DNA of 64,000 bases from Prasinococcaceae sp. CCMP 1430. Its lineage: Eukaryota > Plantae > Prasinodermophyta. The notes under the pieces are model-generated. The model saw nothing but the letters and a program-made list of their open reading frames with translations, was not told the origin of the DNA and did not search any database. Numbering within the stretch: the stretch's first letter is position 1; each line of letters begins with the position of its first letter. The DNA is taken from positions 353,248-417,247 of the forward strand of contig RQSC01000029.1 in assembly GCA_013416795.1 (NCBI GenBank). Reading direction: 5' to 3'. Shown one piece after another: positions 55,652 through 64,000 of the stretch. The position numbers and the translations under genes are program-made.

Positions 55652-57304
55652 ATGCTGGCGCTGCGCGCGGCAGCGAAGCACGCGGCCGCGCGCAGCCGCG
55701 CGGCGGCAGCGGTGGCGGCAGCAGAAGGAGGCGGTGGCAGGGCGGTGGAGGCGGCGACCGCGGCGGTGGGGTCAGAGGTGGCCGTGCGGCGGGGGCCCGA
55801 GGCGTTGCGAGCAGCGCGCGCGTCCGTGCGCGGCGCAGCTGCGGGCGCAAAGGCGGGGCGCTCCGACCGGCAGCAAGGCTTGACCTTCTACGACAAGACC
55901 GTCGAGCAGGCTGCCATGAAGGAGCCTACCGAGTACACGATACGTGAGATGCTTGAGTTCGGCGGCGGCAACGGGGGCGAAGCGTGGTCGCCGTACAAAA
56001 CGCTGCAGTTTGGTCGCTACGTGCACCGCGAGCTGCCCATCCGGCTGGCGAGGCGCCTCATGGACCTACACCAGCTGCCGTACGTCGTGGTCACGAACCC
56101 GCACATCATGAGTGTCTACAGCTACTACCTGAGCTCCTTCCGTACGCTCAACTCGTTCCCCGAGCTCAAGACGGTGCAGGACAGTGACAAGTTCACCAAG
56201 GTGATGCTCAGGCTCGTCGACGAGTCGGTGCCGCTGCTCGGCGTGATGGCGCGCGGCATCCGCGAGTGCATGCGCAAGCCCATCATCGGCGAGACTCTCC
56301 AGCTGCAGGGCTTCCTTCAAACCATTCTCCACACCAGGATTGCGAGGCGGTGCGGCGCGCGCGCGCTCATACGCCGCGCGAGCGGCCGCTGCGCTCGTGC
56401 CCGTGCTGACTCCACGCTATCCTTCTCCCCCCCCTCGTCCCGCCAGTGTCATTGCAGAGCAGTACGTCGCGCTGCAGCAGCCGCGCGATGGCTTCATTGG
56501 CGTCTTCGAGCGCGAGCTGAATGTGGGCAGAATGATTGAGAAGGCCTCGACTGACTGCGAGGCGATATGCGAGACCACCTACGGCCGGGCACCGGCGTTC
56601 GAGTTACGTGGCGACACGGACGCCACTCTGTGCTACATTCCCGCGCATCTCGAGTACTGCCTCTTCGAGGTCTTCAAGAACTCTTCGCGCGCGGTGTGTG
56701 AGAAGCACTCGAGTGCTGAGGAGCTGCCGCCCGTGCAAGTGCTCGTCTTCAAGCACGACGATGATGAGTCGGTGTCGGTGAAAGTGAGCGACCAGGGCGG
56801 GGGCATTGACGCGAAGAGCCTTCAGAAAGTCTTCGAGTACGGGTTCACGACTGTGCCGGATGACCTGGAGACCTTCAGCCAGGAGCACGACGCCAGCGGG
56901 ACGGGCGGCGGGCTGGGCGCACTGGGAAGCGGAGGGGGCACAGGGCTTGGCGGGCTCGGGGCGCAGTCTCGCTCGCCAATGGCAGGCTTAGGTGCGTGGT
57001 GCTTGTGCTTTGACTGACGCGAGAGAGACAGCAAACCACGGCCAACAGCGTCAGGGTGCCCCTCACTCGCACGCCACCTCGCGTCTGCGCGCCGCCGATG
57101 CGTCCTCTGGTCCTGCGTCTCTGCGTGCGACGCCAGTCTGACCTGTTGCGGTGCGTGCCGCGCGCAGGCTTCGGTCTTCCCGTGAGCCGGCAATACGCCG
57201 AGTACTTTGGCGGCTCCGTGCACCTGTATTCGATCGACGGCTACGGCACCGACGTCATCATCACGTTGAAGGACGCGCAGCGCGCGTGTTCGATGGCGTT
57301 CTGA
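55652..57304 (+). CDS. Mitochondrial alpha-ketoacid dehydrogenase kinase (PDK/BCKDK family), 3 exons
   Basis: Motifs [18 protein letters not shown]|[17 protein letters not shown] (N box), VSDQGGGI (G1), FEYGFTT and PMAGLG|[15 protein letters not shown] (G2). Confidence 0.92.
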
Positions 57305-58072
57305 GGGTAATAACGGAGCACCTACTGTGCACTCCTCCAGCGACCCCGTGCTCCGCGACGGAGCCCGCGCGCCCGTGCGAGCGCGCGCTGCCCCTCGGGT
57401 TGCGCTCGGCCCACCCGCGAGCACCTGCGGCTGCTGGGTCAGGCGTCGCGGCGCTGTGTCGGGTTGGGGTGAACCCGTGGTCCATCCATTAGCGTTTGGT
57501 CCCATGCCGACGCATCGGACCATCAAAATGCATCTAGATGTGAGGGTTTACAAGAAAACCTCAAATGCGAAATCCAATCAAAATGCATTGGATGACGTTT
57601 CCATTGCCGTTTGATGTGCGGCAACCTCGACTTGGCTTTCCCATCCCTCTCCCGATCTCGGGGCGGATATCTGCCGCGGCGGCTGCCGCTGCCAGTGACC
57701 ACACCTCGCGCAGCGCGCGCGGGCGTCGCGGGCAGCCTCAGGTGAGAGCGCGCGCCCCCCGGGGGCTTGGTGTGTGTGTGTGGGGGGGGGGGGATGAGTG
57801 GGAAAAGGCATGCGCCGAGGGGTAGGGGGGGCATGCGGATCTCCTCGGTGGCGCGGCGAGCGGCGAGCGGCTGCAGCGGTGCGCGACGCGCGATGCGCAG
57901 TGAACCTGGCCGCTCGGCGGAGAGAGAGAGAGAGAGAGAATGAGATCGCACGGGCGCGTGCAGACGTGCGCCGCCCGCGCCTTGCGGGTGGATGACAGGC
58001 TGACGCCCCTACTCTGCCTTCGCGCGCGCCCACCCCCTCGCCCACGCGCTCGCGGCGCCGCGCACCGCAGAC

Positions 58073-58568
58073 ATGGCCAACCAGATGTCGCCCATGCAGC
58101 AGCGCGAGCTGCAGGAGCAGCTCTCGCAGGAGCAGCAGAAGTACCAGGTGCAGGAGGTGATCAGCAAGATCACCGAGACTTGCTTTGTGCGTGATGCGAC
58201 CCACGCGAGCACGCGCAGCCGCGCCGCGTGTGCGCCTGCGCCAGCGCGCTCGTGCACGAGTATGTGGTTTGCAGCGGGCCGTGTGTCTGACGTTGCCTGC
58301 GGGCGCTTCTTCGCGCTCTCTTCACACACCGACGCGCGCGATGCGCGATGCGTCATTCCCTGCGCACGCGTGCTGTGCCACGCGCGCGCGTGACTGCGCG
58401 ATCGTTCGCCCCTCCCACGCACAACCTGCCCGTCTGCCTCCACAGGACAAGTGCATGGGCAACCCTGGCAACCGCCTCTCGAATAGCGAAGAGACGTGCC
58501 TGTCCAACTGCGCTAAGCGCTATCTCGATGTCACCCGCATGGCGGTGGAGAAGCTTTCAAACAGATAG
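58073..58568 (+). CDS. TIM8: Small Tim chaperone (Tim8/Tim13 family, closest to Tim8), 2 exons
   Basis: Twin CX3C motifs: ITETCF|DKCMGNPG...SEETCLSNCAKRYLD. Confidence 0.85.
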
Positions 58569-58989
58569 GCTGCAACTGCCTCTCTTATGTGCGCCGGCGT
58601 GCGCACATGACCGCGCTTTCGAGAGCACACGCGCTCGCGCTCGCCGCCACACTCTCATGTGACAATTTTTTCCCCTACCCTGTCGGACGCCCACGCACGC
58701 TGCACGCATGCGCACAACGCGCTCGCGCACAGGGCACGCACAAGGGCGCATCTGAGTGACGCGCGCGCGCATACACAACGGGGGGCGTGGCGCTCGACTC
58801 GCTCGTGTGCTTGCTCGGGTGCATGTACATACGGGTGTTCAGAAATTTACAAAGTGTATAGCTGCATAGCTGTGCCGCAGTCGCGTACCCCATGCCGCCA
58901 TGCGGCGGGGTCAGTGCATTTGCACGAAGAAATGTGTGGGTTTGTGTGAGCGCGCAGGACAGGGCGACCTCCTGCGCTGCCGCCGCCCC

Positions 58990-59838
58990 TCAGAAGCTGT
59001 CGCCTTCCGAGTCAGTATCGGAGCCCGAAGTGCCGCTGCTTGTGTCCGTCCCACTGCTGGTGTCGCTCAGAGCGCTGTCTGCTGGCAGCACTGTCGCACG
59101 CCTTCCGCCTGGCCGAGGGGCACCAGGTGCATGCACGGGCGGGCGCACGCACGTCGCGGCACCTACCACGGCCGCGATCGAACCACTGCGGTCGGAGAGG
59201 CCTCCGTCCGTATGCGTCGAGGCGCTCAGATCCGAACGGCGTGCGCCATCCTCGGCCGTGCACATGCTCGATGGAGTGCCGCTGGAGGCAAGCCTCGCGG
59301 CCTTGAGGCCACCCGCCAGCGAGTTCGCGCGCGCGAGCTGTCGCTTGCGCGCTCCTGCGAGTGCAGCGCGATCCTCTCCCGGGTGGCCATCTGTAGCGAT
59401 CGCGAGATCGTCCTCCAATGGCGGCCCGACAGCATCGCCGCCACCGCGGCCCAAATCTCCACCGGCCTCCGCACTCCTGTCACGCCGAAGCAGGTGCGTC
59501 TGCCAGCCAGCGGCCGCGTCGTCTGCCCGTCCTGCGTCGTCCCTGTGCCCGATCCTGACATTCACACAGGCGGCGTGGCGATGCATGGTGAAGCCCTCGC
59601 CCTCGCCATCAAAGACGAGCACGTACTCCTCCGTCGTCCGTGCGCCGCCGGCCGGGTGCGCCATGGCACCCGCTCCTGCATCCCTGGCGTCCATGACATC
59701 ACCGCGAAGCAGGGCGCTCGACCCGCGCCACGCGAGCTGCGCCTCGTCCCCGCGCACGCGCAGCTGGCCGCACCCCGACGCAGCCGCATCCTCGGGGAGC
59801 GCCGAGCTGACGTAGCGCACCGTCAATACCCCGCCCAT
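58990..59838 (-). CDS. Probable ELL-associated factor (EAF)-like protein
   Basis: EYVLVFDGEGEGFTMHRHAACVNV resembles the EAF core (ExVLIFD...F.L). The C-terminus is Ser/Asp-rich. Confidence 0.5.
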   Translation of the reverse strand: MGGVLTVRYVSSALPEDAAASGCGQLRVRGDEAQLAWRGSSALLRGDVMDARDAGAGAMAHPAGGARTTEEYVLVFDGEGEGFTMHRHAACVNVRIGHRDDAGRADDAAAGWQTHLLRRDRSAEAGGDLGRGGGDAVGPPLEDDLAIATDGHPGEDRAALAGARKRQLARANSLAGGLKAARLASSGTPSSMCTAEDGARRSDLSASTHTDGGLSDRSGSIAAVVGAATCVRPPVHAPGAPRPGGRRATVLPADSALSDTSSGTDTSSGTSGSDTDSEGDSF

Positions 59839-60471
59839 CGGCGCCGCCAGCGCCTCCGCCCCCGTGCGCTCGCCCTCGCCCTCGCCGCCCCCCCCGCCGC
59901 CTCCCGCCACCGTGCCGCCGCCCCCCGCCCGGCCCGCGCGCTCTGCCGCCGACGCATCTCAACGCGCAGCGCGCAAAAAACCGGCGCGCGCAAAAAAAAA
60001 AAAAAAACGTTTGGAGACCGTCCTTCCACAACCGAGCGAGACCGAGAATTTAAAAAAAAAAAAAAAACTCAAAAACATGTGCATTCGCAAGGCCCTCAAA
60101 AAAAAAAAAGAGAGAGCCTCCGGGGAGTTGGGAGCGCCGGGAAATGATCACTCATCGATGGAGCGCCCGAACCTAAACCTTCGCCTCGCGCGTGCGCATG
60201 CTATGACAGATCAATTTCGATGGTATGAACCCTAAATAGACTGAACCCTATTGGTGCGCGGTTCGGGCCCTCGGAGCAACCTCGGACTGATTGGTTGTCA
60301 CCGACGTGCGTTGCACAGCGGCGCCGTTCGGAGTGCGCGCGTTCCGCGCCGCAATTTGGGGTGTCGAAATGCATTGATGTGTTGAATCGACGGATGTCGA
60401 ATTGTCGGGGCGCGGGCGAGGGGCCGTGAGCGCGCGCGCGCGCGCGCGGCCGCGCGCGGCAGCGCCACAAN

Positions 60472-62037
60472 CGCAGGATCCACCGGGCACCGACGCCACC
60501 GCCAAAGACGGCGACAATCACGGCGCCGCGCGCAGGCAGGGGGCGGGCAGCGGCGCTCGCGCGCGGGCGGCGCCGGCCGGTGCGGCTCGCTCCGCGCGCA
60601 AAGGCCGGGAAAGGGAAGGGCGAGGCGGTGGGGGGCGGCAATGGGGACGGTGAAACCACAGGCGAGGGCGAGGCAGCCGCGGCTGGCGAAAATGAGCGCC
60701 CCGAAGCTGTCGCCAGTGGCGAGTCCAGCGCGCTTGAGGCGCCTGCTGAAGCCGCCGCCGCGCCAGCCGCGGCCGCCGCGGCGGAGGCGAAGCAGCAGGC
60801 CGCAGGGGAGGAAGGCGGTCCTGTGAATGGCGAGAAGTCCGGCGCGCTTGTGCCACCCGCCGCTGCCGAGGCTACCGCCGCACCAGTTGCGGCCGCCGCG
60901 GCGATGGCCAAGCCGCCTGCTGCAGGCGCGGACGGAGCTCCCGTGGCCGCAGCGCAACGGCGGCTGGCGCTGCTGTTCGCGCCGCTCTTGCGCTTCGTCC
61001 GCGCAATCCTTCCCATGCGGCTTCTGAGGCTCGCGGTCTTCGGCCGCGTCGCGCGGCTGCGCACCCTCCGCCAGGCGGCGGACGCAGCACCAGGCGACGC
61101 GGCGAGGCAGGCGGCGTACCTTGCCGCGCTCGCCAAGGGTGGGAAGCACGACGCGATCGTGAAGCGATTCGAGGCAACTCCGGAAGCGGCCATGAACGCC
61201 AGTGGCGTGGCGGAGTACCTGCGGGCGCTGGTGGTCACCAACCGCCTGAAGTCGTTCACTGACGCCTCGGGGGTGCTCGAGAAGACCGTCGCGAGCGGCG
61301 CGGTAGCGGGAAGCGGCGCAGGGGCGAAAGACAGCAAGATGGCGCGCGTGGACGCGGCGGCAGCGGCGCTGGCGGCCAGCGACAAGCGCACGCTGTCCCA
61401 GCTGCTGGAGGACCTTGGCGCACGCGCCGGCGGGAGCGCAGACAAGAGCGCTGACGCGGGCGCGACGCCGGCGCGGCCTCTGCATGTGGTGATGAGCGCA
61501 GCGGGGGGCGCCGCGCTCGGCGCGCGCCCGCGCGCGACGGGTCCCGTGGGGATGCTGCGCGACGTGTTCTCGACGCTGCTCTTCATGCTCGCGCTGGCGG
61601 TCGCGTGGCTGTTCGGCACGGCGGCGCTGAAGCGCTACGTGTCTGGCTCTCCCAGCGGCATGGGGCAGGGCGCAGGCGCCGGCCAGTCGGCGGCCAGCAG
61701 CTCGTACGCCCCGAAAGAGTACAACAAGGACGCTATCCCAGAAACTTCGCGCAAGACGTTCGACGACGTGCTGGGGTGTGAGGAGGCCAAGGAGGAGCTC
61801 GTCGAGGTGGTGCAGTACCTGAAGAACCCGGAGCGATTCTCGCGGCTCGGCGGCACCATGCCCAAGGGCGTGCTGCTTACGGGCCCGCCCGGGACCGGCA
61901 AGACGCTGCTGGCGCGCGCGGTGGCCGGCGAGGCGGGCGTGCCATTCTTCTACCGTGCGGGGTCCGAATTCGAGGAGATGTTCGTCGGCGTGGGCAGCCG
62001 CCGCGTGCGCCAGCTCTTCGCAGCAGCTAAAAAGAAG

Positions 62038-62073
<36 letters not shown>

Positions 62074-63186
62074 ATCGGCGGCAACCGCAAGGCTTTCGAG
62101 AGCCACACCCGCAAGACACTCAACCAGCTGCTGGTGGAGATGGACGGCTTCGAGGCATCCGAGGGTGTCATTGTGATGAGCGCGACCAACATCCCCGAGT
62201 CGCTCGATCCGGCGCTCACGCGCCCCGGCCGCTTCGACCGCCACGTGGTGGTGCCCAACCCCGACATCAAGGGACGCCGCCAGATCCTCGAGCACTACCT
62301 CAAGGGCAAGCCCGTTGCGGCGGACGTCGAGGTGGAGCAGCTGGCGCGCGGCACGCCGGGCTTCTCGGGCGCGGACTTGTACAACTTGGTCAACATGGCG
62401 GCGATCAAAGCCGCCGTCGAGGACGCCAAGGAGGTCTCGCTGGGCATGCTCGAGTTCGCGAAGGACAAGATTCTCATGGGCGCCGAGCGCAAGTCGATGA
62501 GCCTCACGGAGGAGGGCCGCCGCCTTACGGCGTTCCACGAGGCCGGCCACGCGCTCGTGGCGCTGCGCACCGAGGGCGCGATGCCCATCCACAAGGCGAC
62601 CATCATGCCGCGCGGCACCTCGCTGGGCATGACCATGCAGCTTCCGGAGCACAAGGACGAGACGTCGCAGTCCAAGCAGCAGATGTTGGCGGAGCTCGAC
62701 ATCTGCATGGGTGGGCGCATCGCCGAAGAGCTCGTCTTCGGCAAGGACGCCGTCACGAGCGGCGCGCGCGGCGACCTCGAGCAGGCCACGGCCATTGCCA
62801 AGCGCATGGTCACCGAGTACGGCATGAGCGACGCAGTCGGTCCGATGTACATAAACGCTGGGCGCAAGATGAGCGCCGACACCGAGCGCATGGTGGACAA
62901 GGAGGTGCGCCAGCTGCTGACCAACGCGTACGCGCGCGCGACGGCGCTCATCACGGAGCACCTCGGCGACCTGCACAAGCTCGCGGATGAGCTGCTCGAG
63001 AAGGAAACTCTCGATGCGCAGGAGATCCGTCGGGCGATCGGCCTGCCCGCCACGCCTGTGGCGCCCTCCAGCGGCGAGGGGTCGGAGCCCACGGCTCCTA
63101 CCAAGGACATCGTTCCCGAGGACGATGGTGCCTCCGGCACCGCGGACGCCGAGCAGGAGGGGTCAGTCGAGGCCGCGGTCGTGTGA
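60472..63186 (+). CDS. FTSH11: FtsH11-type ATP-dependent zinc protease; 5' end lost at the N at 60471
   Basis: [31 protein letters not shown] and [11 protein letters not shown] match the FtsH11 N-terminal region. Walker [20 protein letters not shown] region and HEAGH. Confidence 0.93.
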
Positions 63187-63603
63187 CGGGCCGCCCCTGC
63201 CCGCCCGCTCGCGCCCCGCGTAAAAACCACCTAATTATTGGCTCCGCCTTCACCTGGCCACCCGGGCAGCGCTCTCGCCCGCGCGCCCCGCTCGGAGCGC
63301 CGCGCCTTGGCAGGAGGAGGAGCCGAAGGGGGCGGGGAGTGGAAAGGGCAACCACCACGTGCCACCCGCCGCCGCGCCCCTCCCCCGACTCACACGCACC
63401 ACCCGCGCCCCCGCCCCCGCCGCCGTCGCGCCTGCTTCTCGCTCTCGCGCGCGCCGGCGTGCCTGCCGCGGTCGCTGTGTCGTTGTTGGAGTGGGGCCGC
63501 CCGCGTTTCGGGCCGGGGAGCTGGATCGCCCCCCGGCGACTGCGGCGCGCGCACCTTCTCGCGCGCGCGCGCCGCGCGCCGTTCTTGGGTCGTTCGCGGG
63601 GCT

Positions 63604-63769
63604 NNNNNNNNNNNNNNNNNNNNNNNNNNNNNNNNNNNNNNNNNNNNNNNNNNNNNNNNNNNNNNNNNNNNNNNNNNNNNNNNNNNNNNNNNNNNNNNNN
63701 NNNNNNNNNNNNNNNNNNNNNNNNNNNNNNNNNNNNNNNNNNNNNNNNNNNNNNNNNNNNNNNNNNNNN
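63604..63769. other. Assembly gap (N-run); single-N joins also at 39264, 53543 and 60471
   Basis: N characters in the sequence, with genes truncated at them. Confidence 0.99.
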
Positions 63770-64000
63770 GCGGCGAGGGGCGCGCACGGCGCGGGCGCCG
63801 GCGCGGGCGCTGCGGCTGGGCCCGCTGTCCCCACCGCGCTGGCACCCTGCGCGTCGGCCGAGGAGAGGGCGAATCGGGTGCGGCACCTCCTAGGCACGGA
63901 GGCGCCAAAGCGCTGGCTCAAGACAAACGAGGTGTTTGAGGTCCTCGTGCACTGGTCTGAGGCGGCCTGGCCGCTCTCAGCCAAGATGCCCGCAGCGCCT
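63770..64000 (+). CDS. CG-1 (CAMTA-type) DNA-binding domain, N-terminal fragment
   Basis: Open frame after the gap reads ...LLGTEAPKRWLKTNEVFEVLVHW...LSAKMPAAP, matching the CG-1 start EAxxRWLxxxEI..IL. Confidence 0.65.

Noticed and set aside
2693-58446. Introner-like repeated introns
   Set aside because: Introns share only splice signals and (GC)n/(CA)n low complexity, with no extended mutual similarity visible.
143-64000. Hundreds of overlapping 60-600 aa Arg/Ala/Pro-rich ORFs, e.g. 3351-5087, 14380-16086, 15221-16837, 25032-26825 and 60298-62976
   Set aside because: Antisense or alternate-frame shadows of real genes. Stop codons are rare at this GC content and these ORFs have no recognisable motifs.
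1-64000. tRNA or rRNA genes
   Set aside because: No cloverleaf with recognisable D/T-loop consensus and no rRNA-conserved blocks were found by eye.

Overview
Gene-dense nuclear DNA from a eukaryote, very GC-rich (about 70% by eye). It has short GT-AG introns (donors GTGCG/GTACG/GTGAG, branch point CTGAC), TGTAA poly(A) signals and photosynthesis genes (PsaH, OEP24-like, lumenal pentapeptide-repeat and TPR proteins). This points to a prasinophyte-grade green alga, possibly Prasinoderma-like (inference). About 35 genes or gene fragments are recognisable, including ADK, COQ2, ER Ca-ATPase, SDP1 lipase, ZIP transporter, HOP1/ASY1-like HORMA protein, DUS3, CCT2, bL17, a RAD5/16-type SNF2-RING helicase, enoyl-CoA hydratase, a PDK/BCKDK-family kinase, TIM8, FTSH11 and a CG-1 fragment. 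The scaffold has three single-N joins (39264, 53543, 60471) and one N-run, and genes are truncated at them. The strongest anomaly is a ~570 bp alphaproteobacterial-looking operon fragment (3' half of moeB overlapping the start of a second gene) lying antisense inside a predicted intron of the TPR gene. Other highlights: an inactive-E2/2OG-oxygenase fusion, a sulfotransferase head-to-head with a tandem-domain glycosyltransferase-like gene, a recurrent promoter motif CATCAAAAYGCA, an A-B-A'-B inverted duplication, and frameshifted or missing start codons confined to gene 5' ends. All calls come from reading the sequence by eye; no database searches were run.
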